Positions 12,101 to 25,754 of a stretch of 64,000 bases of DNA are shown here, piece after piece (the first letter of the stretch is position 1; every line of letters begins with the position of its first letter). A program made the position numbers and the translations under genes. Below the pieces are notes generated by a model that was given only the letters and a program-made list of their open reading frames with translations, searched no databases and was not told where the DNA came from. The stretch is from Eledone cirrhosa (Eukaryota), in NCBI GenBank assembly GCA_964016885.1, contig OZ024741.1:15190001-15254000 (forward strand), given 5' to 3'.

Positions 12101-13402
12101 GTTTGCACTCACCCAGAAGTGGGCAGAGTGCAAACTGTCCTTAAAAGGTCGAGCGGAGATGGCGAACACTTTCATAGCGTCCGTCATCTACTACCGCTTG
12201 ACTGTCGTGCCTTGTCCTCGTGAACACCTCGCCAAGATGGAGCGCATGCTCTTCCAGTTTCTGTGGAAGAAGCAGGCTCCGCTGGTAAGGAGATCCGTCT
12301 GCTGTCAGCACCCTTCCAACGGAGGGTTTGGAATGCCGTGGCTGATGATGCGCAAACATGAGCTGAGGCTGCGGCATCTCCAGCTATTCCTCACCGACCC
12401 CCAACCGGTGTGGGCACCGTTTGTGAGACAGGCCTTCCCGCAGCTCATCTCGCTGACGGAGCTGCAGTCCTGGGTCAAGAAAAGACCGAAAACCATGGGC
12501 GCCTGGCACATTGAATGCGCTCAGGCGCTCACAGTCCTCTGTCAAGCGGGCTCAGCAATCAGTGGAGACTCCACTTCGACATTCCATAGAGGGTTAGTAC
12601 GTCACAATGGCGACGACGTACTTGGAGACACTCTAGGTGTCGAAGACGACGAACTCACCAGTCTGTTTGGTAGGACGTTCCGCCCGGGACCTATGGACAA
12701 CTTCCAAAGGTCCCTCGCCTGGCAGTGCTACCGAGGAGCTCTACCAGTTCGTGACAAGATCTATAGGCACGGACGCCCCAGCAGGGATCCTTCCAAGAGG
12801 ACGTATCCAAGATACGAGCAGGACATTGAAACCGTCTTGCACGCAATTGTACACTGCCCGGGCGTAACCGGCCTGTGGAACTATGGAGAACAACTGCTGT
12901 CGCGTATAGGACAAGTCCAGTTGACTGCCGAGTCCATAGTAAGGATCAAACCACCAGCCTCTTTCAAAAACGAAAGAGAGGCAGTTTTCCTCTGTACAGT
13001 GGCTATGGTGAAAGAGGTTATATGGTGGACGAGATTGAGAGGACTGAGGACAGATGCCTTTCTCTCCGGACAACAACTCATTCCCTTCTTTAGGTATCAC
13101 TTTAGAAGGAGAATCAGAGTGGAGAGAGAGGCACTGCACCCCAGTAAATTTACTGAAAGGTGGGTGAATGTGGAAAAAATGGCCCGAGTGATTTCGCCTT
13201 CTCTGTATATAAACCTGTAGGTTGAAGAAGAGAGCAAAAGGAAGAAAGGAGGACTTGCACAACACGCTCCTGAAGTTGAGGGTTGTTCTATCGACGGGGT
13301 ATTAAACAACCCATTTGTGGCACCTCCCCCCTATTGGGGATTTCGATTGTTAAATGTGTTTGTTTCATATTTTTACACGACTGTATGTAAAATGCCCGGC
13401 AT
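9150..13402 (+). mobile_element. L1/Tx1-clade LINE, long copy C: putative ORF1 tail, full-length but decayed ORF2, 3' end missing
   Basis: A low-complexity ORF1-like tail is followed by ORF2 starting at 9871. The 3' UTR matches copy A up to cccggcat (~13400) and then stops. Confidence 0.88.
9871..13220 (+). pseudogene. LINE ORF2 pseudogene: APE endonuclease + reverse transcriptase + C-terminal Zn domain
   Basis: Motifs GSVNVRGL, ITESRI, SYLDRF, YSDHK, GYWKLN.SL, KSPGLDGLPYEFY, NFRPITLLNTELKILAK, AYADDV, LSLKGR..AN.FI.S and HP..GG.GMP. Multiple stops and frameshifts. Confidence 0.92.
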
Positions 13403-13699
13403 TGAATCCCCAATCATATAAACAACAGATTAGTTGGTTTACGTCACCCTTTACATTAAATGTTATATCAAATATTGTCAAAATTATGCTAATTCTGATA
13501 GATAAATATTTCCATATTAGCCTTCTTTTCAAAAGGAATATTCAGCAGGAACTCTCTAAAAGTAAGTTACATTTGTACCACATACCCGAAAGATATTGTA
13601 ACATATACGAAAAAAAAAAAAAAAAAAAAAAGGATCGATTCTTTCGTCAAATCGGATCGAGGAAACAAGTTTTCAGTTGCTAATACTATCTATCTGTCG

Positions 13700-13831
13700 C
13701 AACTCCAGGTAGAAGTAGCAACGTGAAATAAAGTGACTTGCTGAAGGACATAACGTATCGCCCGGTCCTGGAATCGAACTCACAACCTCAAGATTGTGAA
13801 TCCAATTCTCTAACCACTCGGCCACATACCT
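13700..13831 (-). mobile_element. tRNA-derived SINE head with CORE-like segment
   Basis: The minus strand has A-box TGGCCGAGTGG, B-box GAGTTCGATTCC and then tgtccttcagcaagtcacttt (CORE-like). It is not a foldable tRNA gene. Confidence 0.7.
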
Positions 13832-14430
13832 TTTTGTTGTAACATAAGCCAACTAAAATAACAGAGGTTAAGTATACATGTGGAAACAAATGTTGATTCA
13901 TTCGATCAGACACGCAATGTAGATATGATAAAGCGTTAATGCTAAGAAACTCTCAGGGGAGTTGGCAAACAGGTCTTCAGAGACGAAACCCCCACTCAAG
14001 TAACTGTTTCGGTCCTTAACTTCTGTCGAAACAATTGTAACATATAAGCCAACTAAAATAACAGGGACTACATATACATATGGAAATATCTATCAGACAT
14101 ACAAAGCAGATACAGTAACATATGAACCATGCTATAGAATGTAAATATCGCGTTAATAAGTCTGTAAGATAACTTTTAAAGGTTTTTAACTTTGATTCAA
14201 ACGAATTGAGTTCCCTCGCAAGATTATTTACATAGAAATATGTAGGTATTTGTGTCCTTAAAATTTCAGGTGAATTTCTATGACATTGATTTCCGAGCTA
14301 CTGTGTATATAAATAGTAACATAGATGTAACATTCTCTTTGTCCTGCTATTGAGTTAAGTTTCAGTTGTCAATAGATTTCAATGTGCATTTATCTACCAC
14401 ACAAACTAGGAGCTCGAAGTTTGAAAATAT

Positions 14431-14470
<40 letters not shown>

Positions 14471-15002
14471 ATTTTAAAACTTTTTCTCTATTTGCTAGAC
14501 CTTGATTTTATATGTTCTGGCTTGTTAATTTATTAACCCGCCATAGAACCACATTGGCATACGGTTGGATAATACTTGTTTCCCTATATGTATTTTTTAC
14601 ACGTAGGAATTCATACTTTATTATTATTGATCTCCCCCTCAGGTAGATATAACATTTTGGCCGTTTGGACTGCTGCTATTTCTAGTGGCAGGACATTGAC
14701 CTGTCCACCCTGCCTTTTGTCTTTACACACGGCACCAGACAGAATTATTTCTTTCATCATCCGCTCTCATTTGGGAATGGATTTGCATGGCCTCAGTTTG
14801 TGATTTGAACTCGGGAATTTTATATTCTCCGAGGGAGAAGAGCCTTCTGAAGATTGGTCCCTTATCAATGGAATTCCGCTTGGATTTTCCGTTTATTCTG
14901 GAGCATGAAACCGCGGTAAAGGAACATATAGTAAGTACAGCTAATTTTTTTATTTATTTATTTTAAAACTTTTTCTCTGTTTACTAGACCTTGATTTTAT
15001 AT

Positions 15003-15003
<1 letters not shown>
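14471..15003 (+). mobile_element. ~490-bp non-coding unit with 44-bp terminal direct repeats and an internal hammerhead (retrozyme-like or solo Penelope pLTR)
   Basis: 14471-14514 and 14960-15003 match at 42 of 44 positions (period 489). The unit is preceded by (TA)n and contains the HHR at 14843-14922. Confidence 0.7.
14843..14922 (+). ncRNA. Type I hammerhead ribozyme, minimal stem III, extended stem II
   Basis: CCTT-CTGAAGA-T-[TGGTCC..AATGGAA.TCC gctt GGA..TTCCGTT..GGAGCA]-T-GAAAC-CGCG-GTA-AAGG. All core nucleotides are present, stem I is CCTT/AAGG, and the predicted cleavage is after A14918. Confidence 0.75.
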
Positions 15004-15686
<683 letters not shown>

Positions 15687-15880
15687 GAAGCTTAATTTTA
15701 TTTTCCAGGTTCTTCTATTAACTCCTGTAGCATTTTATGTGTTGCCGCACTAAATCTGATTCTTTTATTCAACCATCTTGTTTATCGCTCCTCACAAAAA
15801 TGTTTTCGGTTTAACAACGAAATATTTATCCATATAATTACTACACACACAAATTCACACGTGTATACAAACAAACACAC

Positions 15881-15927
<47 letters not shown>

Positions 15928-16037
15928 GCATAGTGAGAGAAAAAGGGAAGAGAAAGAACATTTCTGAGATGTATATATATATATATACATATATATATGT
16001 ATATATATATACATATATACATATATATATATATATA

Positions 16038-16109
<72 letters not shown>

Positions 16110-16263
16110 GGTATATATATGTATGTATATATATATATATACACACATATATATGTATATATACATATATATGTGTGTATAAATATATATATATAAAAGT
16201 CAGCTGATTCTATGTCAACCAACTCATTGAACAAATATATATATATATGTGTGTGTGTATGTG

Positions 16264-16317
<54 letters not shown>

Positions 16318-16331
16318 AAGAAAAATAGATC

Positions 16332-18946
16332 ACTTTCTTTTTATTTGCCACCAGGGCGTCAAAGAGTGGGATAAGTACAATGGGGGGAGTTTACATAAAA
16401 AGGGGTCCTCACTAAGGAGGAGGCAATAACAAGATATAAAAATATAAAAATATAGAAATATAAAAATATAACAAAAATAAATGGAATAACAAAATCCTCA
16501 ATAGGGGTCGCACACACCCTCGAAAAAGTGTGCAACCCTTCTCCTCAGAGCACAGAGAGATGATGCTCCCTTGATCTTTTATCTTTCTCACCTACAGTCT
16601 GATGTAGAGTGAAGGCCCATGCACACTGGCCATTCTCGCCACTTTCACCCATCTTTCATAAAAACGGCTGGGGTACAGCACCTCTCTCTCCATCCTGATC
16701 CTTCTTCCGAAATGATATCGGAAGAAACGGACCAGTTGTTGGCCAGAGAGAAAGGTGTCTGACTTCAGTCCTTTCAGACGCGTCCACCATACAACCTCTT
16801 TCACCATGGCTATTACGCACAGAAACACCGCATCTCCTTCGTTTTCGAAGAGGGGAGGCGGCTTGATCGTTAAAATAGACTCGGTGGTCAACCGGATCGG
16901 TCCCACCCGTGACAGCAGTCGTTCGACATAGCCCCACAGATTGGCAATGCCCGAGTAGTGTACCAATGCGTGTGCAACGGTTTCCTCATCGCACATGTAT
17001 CTGGGACAGATCTTTTTCGAGGGGTCCCTACCCGGGCGCCCGTGTCTGTAGAGCCTTTCTCGAACGGGCAGAGCCCCTCGGTAGCACTGCCACGCCTGCT
17101 AACCACCAGCCCTCTATAGAATGACGAGGCGGATTCTCCACTGACAGCCGGGTCCGCCTGCCAGAGAGCCGTGAGCGCCTGGACACACACGGTGTACCAG
17201 GCGCCCAGTTTTCTCGGTCTTTGCTTGACCCACGATTACAGCTCGGTGAGTGAGACGAGTCTGGGAAAGGCTCGCCTCACAAACGGGGCCCACACCGGTT
17301 GACCGGTGAGGAATACCTGGAGGTGCTGTAGCCTTAATGCGTGTTTGCACATCATCAGCCACGGCATCCCCAGCCCTCCTTTCGAAGGGTGTTGACAACA
17401 GATCGATCTCCTCACCATAGGAGCCCGCTTCTTCCAAAGGAATTGGAAGAGTGCGCGCTCCATTTTGGCGAGCGTTTCCCATGGGAAAGGCACGACGGTC
17501 AGGTGGTAGTAGATGACGGACGCTATGTAAGTGTTCGCCACCTCCACCCGACCTTTCAGGGACAGTTTGCACTCGGCCCATTTCTGGGTCAGTGCAAATA
17601 CCCTGTTCGTTACCTCACCCCAGTTCTTCTCCACCTGGAGGTATGGTCCGAACCAGACCCAGAGCAACTTCACCGGGTCCTCCGTCCAGCGCCCGACGAC
17701 GCCATCAGAGGGCATCGATCTGCCCTTCCATGTGCCGAGTTGCAGATCGATCGACTTGCCCCGGTTCAGCTTAGCCCCTGTAAACCTTTCGTACTCCTCC
17801 AGTAAGGTGCCGATCGCCCCGATTTCCGACACCATTACTGTTACGTCATCGGCGTAGGCCGATACCGCTTTCCGCAATCCCGGTTCCAACGGGGTGCCCT
17901 GCAACAACTCCAACTTCCGCAGCAGTGGCTCTAGAGTCATTACATACAAAAGGGAGAGAGAGGGCACCCTTGTCGGATAGACCGCGTGATTTCGAACGGC
18001 TCCGCCGCTAGCACCGCATCCAGGTAACCATGGTCGACCCTATCGAACGCCTTAGATTGATCCAAGTTGATCAGGGATCCACCAAAGCCGGGTTCGTTCC
18101 CAACCCTCTCTATGATGTATCGCATGAGGTGGAGGTTGTCGTGGATGGACCTGGACGGGATAGCACATGTCTGCGCATCTCCCACCAGGTTACCCACGAC
18201 AAGCGTCAACCTCTTTGCTAGCACCTTGGCAAAAATCTGTAACTCTGTATTTAGCAGAGTTATGGGCCTGAAATTATTTATATCTTCCCCCTTGTCCTCG
18301 TCCTTCCTCACTAGTGTGACTACACCCTTGGTCACAGCACAGGGAATTCTCCCGTTCTGTTGCCAGTTGCAGTAGACCGCCTCGAGGAGATCGGGGAACA
18401 AGTCCGGCATAGCTAGATATAGTTCGTATGGAAGACCATCGAGACCCGTTTGCCGCATTGGCTCAACACGTCCTTTATCTCAGCGGCTGAAATCGGCTCC
18501 TCGCAGGACTTCGCCTCCCTCTCCGAGAGACGCGGCAGGCCGTCGAGGTATGGACCGAAGTCCATTTCCCCAATCGGTTCCCCGCCCCTTCCGAACAATC
18601 TGGCAAAGTGCTTTTGAAAAGCCTCGCACCTCTGCTTAGGTTCAAGGATCACCCGTCCATCTTGGTCTCGCAAAGACCGGATAGTGGATCTACTCCCTCT
18701 TTTGGCTTCTGTCACGCAGACCCAGCTAACAGCTTTGGTCCCCTCGTTTCCCAGAGCACGTATTTTGCTTCGGCCGATGCAGCCTTCGTCTTTCGCGTCG
18801 AAGAACTGGCCCAGGGCCGTTCTCGAAGCTAGCACTCTGGCCACGTCGCCGCTTCTAATTGCCTCTTCTACACTATCTACCAACTCCCTTTCCTTCCTAT
18901 TTCTATTTGAGGCTAACGCCTTACAAAATTCTATAGAGACTACTCT
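16332..18946 (-). mobile_element. L1/Tx1-clade LINE, 5'-truncated copy D with 11-bp TSD
   Basis: RT motifs GLDGLPYELY, NFRPITLLNTEL, LDQSKAFDRVDH, IRQGCPLSP and AYADDV, plus AATAAA near 16340. AAAAATAGATC is duplicated at 16321-16331 and 18947-18957. Confidence 0.93.
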
Positions 18947-19000
18947 AAAAATAGATCGAGATATAGATATAGTTTCGCCAACATCTCTGACATTTTTCAT

Positions 19001-19067
<67 letters not shown>

Positions 19068-19240
19068 GTGTGTGTGTGTGTGTACAATTGTGAGGTGTGA
19101 GAGATTGGGGGTGGGAGAGAGAGAATGGGGGATAGTAGGGTTTTGGTGTATATTATGTTAATATAATACAATCAGTGAAGTGTGGGATGAGAAACAGAAA
19201 ACGGAAGCTTGGAACGAGAGGGCAGGGGTTATATATATAT

Positions 19241-19308
<68 letters not shown>

Positions 19309-19311
19309 GTA

Positions 19312-19369
<58 letters not shown>

Positions 19370-19611
19370 TGCGTGTGCGTCTGTGTGTGTGTGTATCCAC
19401 CCTGCAGTAATGTGGATTATCGGGTACATATCGGTGTGTGTATGAGAGTGTATATGAGAGTGTGAGCTTGTCTGTGTTTGTGGGTTTGTATGTATGCCTG
19501 TATGAGTGTGTATGTGCATGTATGAGTGTGTGTGTATGCCTGTATGAGTGTGTGTAGGCCTGTGTGAGTGTGTGTGTGCCTGTATGAGTGTGTGTATGTG
19601 CCTTTATATAT

Positions 19612-19758
19612 GTGTGGGTATTCTGTACGTAGTGTTTTCTCTAACTTTACTCTGGTTTCTATATATGGAAGGACTTACACAAAAACCCACATATATATAG
19701 GAAAAAGTCCAGGATCAGACGGCAGAGGTCAAGCCGTTTTGACGGCTATTTCTGGACC
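19612..19758 (-). mobile_element. Fragment related to the 15248-15440 element (degenerate HHR 3' half plus tail), abutting (AAG)n at 19759-19813
   Basis: 19718-19752 matches 15267-15301 at 31 of 35 positions. The minus strand reads tagccgtc-AAAAC-GGC-ttgacctct-GCC-GTC. Confidence 0.55.
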
Positions 19759-19949
19759 AAGAAGAAGAAGAAGAAGAAGAAGAAGAAGAAGAAGAAGAAG
19801 AAGAAGAAGAAGAATGTCTTAATTAATGTTGAGGTTTAATATATTATTAGCGTGTTACTTTCACCAATCTATTTTGTACCTTTCCTTTCTATTAGATTGG
19901 TAATTATTATGTATTTGTTAGAAGAAATAAATACATTATACAACAAAGA

Positions 19950-20350
19950 CATCTTACTCGCATTTAAGATCCCCCAGCTGATCAACAACAACATCTAAAA
20001 CTCTACATTCAGCAATGTTATGGATAATCGCCAATAACATTCTTTTTGTTCGTGTCTTACCTCCTTGCTTCACAGAACTGGGAATATGTATTTTTTGCTG
20101 CCAATTGCAGTAGACATTTATTAACGCGTCGGTGACTAACTGTATTATGAATGTGTAAAACTCATAGAGCAGATCATCAAAACCAAATGCAACCATCTAC
20201 TGCCAGCCTCATGCAACCAAATACCACCATCCTACTTCACCTACTGTTATCGGCATTTCGAAACACTTTATGTCTTCTGTGAGGAACTGCGCCGGGTTGT
20301 CGAGGAAGGCACTGGAATATTATAACATCCCTTCTCTAATGTTTCCTCTG
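19950..20350 (-). mobile_element. Old, highly decayed Tx1-like RT fragment
   Basis: FGFDDLLYEFY..L.NVYCNWQQ..HIP.SV.QG aligns by eye with GLDGLPYEFY..LEAVYCNWQQNGRIP in copies C and D. Confidence 0.7.
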
Positions 20351-20996
20351 AACAGTGAAGTAATGTGTTGTTAGTGGATCACACTTGCTCCTTGTGGTGT
20401 TTGCTGTTTTTCACTACTTTCTGTACCAGAAATTCTCATAGAAGTCGTTGATGCAGTGAATGAGCACTACATCTGTAGCATGATTATCCAAGATATAAAC
20501 ATCAAGAATGCAGAAAGAAGTTACCATGCTGCCACAGAAATAAAATAATCAACGTATCATGCTGTTTTGTAATAGGAACGTGATGCAGCAGACTATGTAG
20601 GTGTTCAGGTTGCCAGGACATATAAGAAGAAACGTACCTGATAATGCGGAATCGGGCTCACATGGTGAAAGTTGAAAAGCATACATTCATAAAGATATTT
20701 CTTGACAGTATTTATATGCAAAGATTAATATACATTTACAACTAAGAATGAAATATATGTAAAAAGAAAACATTACTTATTCATAATAATCATTTTAAGC
20801 TATTAACCATTGTAAATGAACATAAAATAAACAACTCTTAATCATGCTAAATATTATTATGTTGATACTCTTTCGTCTGCAGTAACCTTCTTCTCAGTTC
20901 AAGAGTTTTGTAAGTCTTGTTTAATAATTCTATACAAACATTTGTTAATGTGTAGTTAAAGGAGATACATATTGACCAATAGTAGTCAAATGTAGG

Positions 20997-21051
<55 letters not shown>

Positions 21052-21056
<5 letters not shown>

Positions 21057-22463
21057 GTGGTTACACAACAGTTAGTTCACCATACCGAGAACAATTGTTT
21101 CACCTTAGCGGATCCTCAGCTCGGAATGGGCATGGTTATACGGAACAGGAGGGACAACCGTACGAACGCGCATGCGCAGAAACCGGTCACTTCCCACAGG
21201 CAACATCAAAATGCTTGCGAGAGGTGTAAGGGAGATAACTGCGAAAGTCCGAAAAGTTTTTAGTTGATAAGAAATATTATGTTGTTACAATAATTCATTC
21301 AATCCGGAGCTTTGTAGTTACGTAAGAGGTGTTTCGAGACGTGTTGACAACGTGTGAAAAATTCATTTCTCGTGTTTAGGCAATCACTATTGCATAATTT
21401 CTTTAGAATATTTATTAGTTCGTCAATACATAGTCCACACGACGGATTTCCCCTTGCGTATGGCTTGGACTTAGTGATGGTTTTCCATTGAATAGAGTAG
21501 TCTATACTTGAGTCCTTGAGGGACCATACGTGGCTCGCGAGTTTCGTGGATGAACGTCTGTCCGGGTACCTAAAGGTCGACTGGTGGTTCAGGAAACGCT
21601 CCTTCAATCGGCCCTCCGCCATGCCCACATAGGATTTGACCTCCTGTGGTTGGTTTGGTCGGTTGGAAGTGACCACAGCTTCATAAATTACAGCTGGTGC
21701 GTTGCATTGCTGTTGAAGGGGAAAGCTTCGGTCTTACGGCAAGAGCACCCTGGTGGGGTGTTGCTCCTAGGGTTGCTGGTGATGTGGGCCTTCATGTTCT
21801 TAGCGCAGGAGTATCCTAGTTTAACTTTGTGTCGGTTAAAGATGGAGCGGTATTTATGACCTATGGGGAAGTGTCTATCTAAGAGGGCTAGAAATGTTTT
21901 GCCTACATTGGTTTTAACGTTGAGTGAGAAGGGAGGAGAGAACCAGATAGTTTGTCTATTGATGCGCTTAATTTTCTTAATGGTGTTGTTGCTAGTGTGA
22001 GAGTAAGTGATAGGTTGTGAGAAACCGCTGTTAGCTAACGCCGTGTTATAGTAGGGTGCTGCCCTGTCAAAGAGAGCCTTATTAGAGGAGAGGTTTGATA
22101 TTCTAGTACTGACATTATTTGAGAAGTTTCTAAAAACAGTGGAAGGGCGGCATGAGTCCTTGTGAATGTAATTGAGTTTTTCGTTTAGCTTATGGAAGGG
22201 TCTGGGGGTGGGGGTGTGAAGGTCTAAATTAATGTCTAGGAAATATACGCTAGAGAGGTTGGTAGCTATTGTTATCCTAAGTCCTAACTCATTGAAGGTA
22301 GAAGCTAAGTCATGCCCATTACGACCTGAGGATCCGCTAACGTGAAACAACTGTTCTCGGTATGGTGAACTAACTGTTGTGTAACCACTTCTACCTAACT
22401 CGTCCCATGGACTGAGTGCTCTACCACTACGGATATTATATTACCTTCCAGTGTTCTACCACT
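21052..22463 (-). mobile_element. Penelope-like element, 5'-truncated (RT C-terminus + GIY-YIG), with 3' pLTR and an inverted pLTR at the truncation point, inserted in (TA)n
   Basis: Motifs FLDINLDL, IWFSPPFSLNVKTNVGKTFL, KLGYSC, CSCRK..[1-bp frameshift ~21720]..C..VIYEA..YVGMAEG..RF..H, KLASHVWSLK, CGLC and LNTRNEFFTRCQH. An 83-bp inverted repeat lies at 21052-21134 / 22311-22393. Confidence 0.92.
21080..21129 (-). ncRNA. Minimal type I hammerhead ribozyme in the Penelope pLTR; degenerate inverted copy at 22316-22365 (+)
   Basis: ccattccgag-CTGAGGA-t-CC gctaa GG-t-GAAAC-AATT-GTT-ctcggtatgg. Stem I pairs at 9 of 10 positions, the tetraloop is palindromic and the cleavage triplet is GUU. Confidence 0.82.
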
Positions 22464-22541
22464 ATATATATATATATACCGCTATTTATATATATACACC
22501 TCTATTTTTTTAAATATATATATATATAAATATATATATAT

Positions 22542-22652
22542 AGTAATAATAAATGCGAAGACTAAAATCCAAAGAGGGCTCGATAAGGATAAAGTTTCAG
22601 AAGATCCCGTTGAGGTGAAAGCACGATTCTTTGCTTAAACTTTAATCTGTTA

Positions 22653-22660
<8 letters not shown>
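22542..22660. mobile_element. Second rearranged copy of the 6210-6412 element family, in (TA)n
   Basis: 22542-22593 is close to the reverse complement of 6360-6412. 22614-22660 matches 6274-6321 and is preceded by cAGAAGA-t-cccgttgagg-t-GAAA (degenerate HHR core). Confidence 0.65.
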
Positions 22661-22722
<62 letters not shown>

Positions 22723-22839
22723 TATATATACATATATATATGGTATAAAATAAAGGAACAAAGAATCATTGTTGCATCATAACATATTTAATAACATATT
22801 ACATATGTTTCACTGTCGATCAGCTCGAGGAACGATCGA

Positions 22840-22917
<78 letters not shown>

Positions 22918-24659
22918 TTGTGTATGTGTTTCCGTTTGATATTGACGAACGCAAGAATGAGTACTAAATGCCATAGTATAGATTTATAGTCTATTAACCC
23001 TTTCGTTAAAGTATTTCTAATGAAATACGTTTTATTTGAACAAGTGACTGAAGAATTTAAAGTGATATACTGGAAGTATTGTTTCATTACTAAGATAGAA
23101 CGTTGAACTCATAATTGTTTGTTTCTTATTATTATTGTTGTGGTGGTTTAGTATCTGTGTATCTAAACTATAATAAAGTAAGGAGTGCGGGACTGCGTAC
23201 GGTTTAGAATTTTTTATCCCATTAGTTAAATAAGTTGGATTACTTTGAATAATTAATGAATGAATATTACATAATTTATCTACTAAATTTCGTGGCTGTT
23301 GATTAAATATATTTTGTTTATTTAAAGATTCACTTCTTTGAAATTTCTGAAATGTCAACACTTCCGGTTAGCGATCGATAAAATAAACATACTAATTTTC
23401 TGTCACTAATTTTCTCCTAATGCAGTTTATATATAATATCGTCTTTTTTAATGTATCATGGATTACGTTACTGATTACATAAGACAGTGTAACACAGTCT
23501 TCGTTCAATTTCTGTGTATATTGTCAATTACGATGTTATTTGATATATCATATCTACATGTATATATACTTGCGTATACTATCAATATACACACTACACA
23601 TGCCAGCAGAAATCCACCCGAAGGCTGGTTTTTCTGCTAGTGTGTGTAACGTCCGAACGATTATCCTCCACTTCCAGACCGACAGGATGAAGAATATATT
23701 GCCCGTGAGGACGTCGAGCTGGAACAGACACTCTGCCTCTTGGCTGACAGGATGGAGAATAGATTTATCAACCGGACGACAGCGAGGGTGACACGCTGGA
23801 ACAGCCATTCCATCTTATATAACAGGTTCTAATTTAAATAGGAATCCTTTAAAATGGATGTTTTTTTTTCCATAGAAACCGGGTCAATTTTAGGCGGGTT
23901 GTTATTACAAAAGTTAAGTTTGATCCAGATAATCTATATTTGATGTACATTGTTTACTATGTCTCTCCATTAAGTGCATATTAAATAAAATAACACCGAG
24001 CACCTGGTTTGCAAACAAAAAATTGAAACATTTTAACAAGACTGTTTATTCAACAAATCTATGATTAATGATGTCACCATTTAATATGCTCTAATTGTTA
24101 TTACATCGACAAATCGTTCCCAGCTGTCATCATTAAGTGCAAAAAAATTGTTTTTCGCCTACGTTTCAATATATATTTTACAGAAATTCGATAAATATTT
24201 GAAAATTTCAGGTTTTAACATGTTGTCTCGGGACACTGACATTGTTAATCGATCACATAACACAATTGCGATTGATCAGTTACTTTATCAAATCATTGTA
24301 CAATATTGTTCATTGTAGAACACTACAGTTCTAAAATATTTGTCATGTAAGAAATTATAGAAATGGATTTTGAATGCATTTTAGCTTATTTAACGCAGGT
24401 CTTTTTACTATGAAAAATATGTGTAGTTAGGCATATAAATCTCTAGGGATCTTATACCCCAAATTCTTCGACGGTTTTCATAATCAAAGAGGCTACGTTG
24501 AAGAAGCTTACTTTAAGCTAACAAACATTCAAAGTTTCTTCAAAGTGAATGCAATTGATTTGCTATAGAAGAGTACATTTTTTATAGATTACTGTGCAAC
24601 TTTTACGAAGGTGAACTACAATCAGGTTTGTGATACATATATATATTCTGTGAATCATG

Positions 24660-25001
24660 GACGCAGGATAGCCGAATGGTTAAGAGGTTTGTCTTGCAAT
24701 GATTAGGGCCCAGGCTCCATCCGACTACATGGTATCTTGGAGAAGTGTCATATGCCATAGCCTTTCGGTCTACCCGAGCCATTTCAGTGAAATTGGGCAA
24801 GCGAAAATTGTTTGGAAACCTATCTGAAGAATTGTACATGTACTGTAAATGGCCGGCCTGTATGACGCTGAATCTTCCTGAAAATTGCTTTGAGGGTACA
24901 CGTGTCTATGGAATAATCATCCACTTACACGTTAGTTTCACGAGCAGGCTATCCGTTGATCGAACATCTGGAAGACACATCTACAAAACCGACGGAGACC
25001 C
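24660..25001 (+). mobile_element. Diverged tRNA-derived SINE (resembles the octopus OR-type SINE)
   Basis: A-box-like tagccgaatggttaag, CORE-like cttggagaagtgtc and a 3' end cacgttagtttcacgagcaggctatccgttgatcg..aaccgacggag recalled from octopus SINEs. Confidence 0.5.
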
Positions 25002-25313
25002 ATTAAGTTAGCCCTGTCTCAGCTTTGATTCACGAAACTGCTTCGAAGACTTCGACCTATCATAGCACAACAAAGGTAAGTAACGTCATTTCGTGTTGGA
25101 CATTCAAAAAACTTACACACAGCCATCTTCTACGGGGGTCGGCTAAAACGTTCATAGGTTAAGCAGATACTCTCATGGAATGACCAAATGAGCTTTATTT
25201 TTCAACTAGACAAATCCAGTTCATTCTCCTTTGGAGAATGCTTTCTGTCGTTTGTGACAGATAGATAGGAATACACAGAGACAAAAAAGTAATACATAGA
25301 TAGATACATATCA

Positions 25314-25357
<44 letters not shown>

Positions 25358-25754
25358 CTGTGTGTGTGTTAGTGTGTGTGTGTGTGTTCTAGAAGCTAGT
25401 CTTTTATTTCACTGTCATTTCTAGCGAAACCAGTTACCCCAGTGTTGATAGATAGCTAAATAGATAGATAGGAATACATAGATACAGAGAGAGTATTACA
25501 TAAATAGAGACAACTCAGTCTATGTTTGTGTGTATGTATGTTTGTGTGTATGTGTGTGTGCGTGCGTGCGTGTGTGTGGGTGTGCGTGCGTATGTGTGTG
25601 CGTGTGTGTGCGTGTGTGCGCGAGCGTGGTAAATGCTAAGGTGTATTTCGCTGTCATTTGTAGCAAAACAGGTTACCACAACATAGCTCTTAGTGCCATG
25701 TACGACAAACAGGCAGACAGACAAATCGATTAAGGGCCAACCGCAGGCCTTTTA

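Noticed and set aside
13700-13831. tRNA gene
   Set aside because: A and B boxes are present, but the cloverleaf is incomplete and runs into a CORE-like SINE body.
21299-22310. Selenoprotein-type Penelope (Naiad) with in-frame UGA/SECIS
   Set aside because: The Cys positions inspected are ordinary Cys codons or frameshifted, with no in-frame TGA at them. No convincing SECIS was seen.
23600-23830. GC-richer segment that could be a host exon
   Set aside because: No recognisable domain in any frame and no supportable splice pair; it needs RNA-seq or BLAST.
22993-25210. Possible DNA-transposon ends (TTAACCCTTTCG at ~22993; mariner-like tacgggggtcggctaaaacgttc at ~25131)
   Set aside because: No partner TIR or transposase was found in the window; the resemblance is from memory only.
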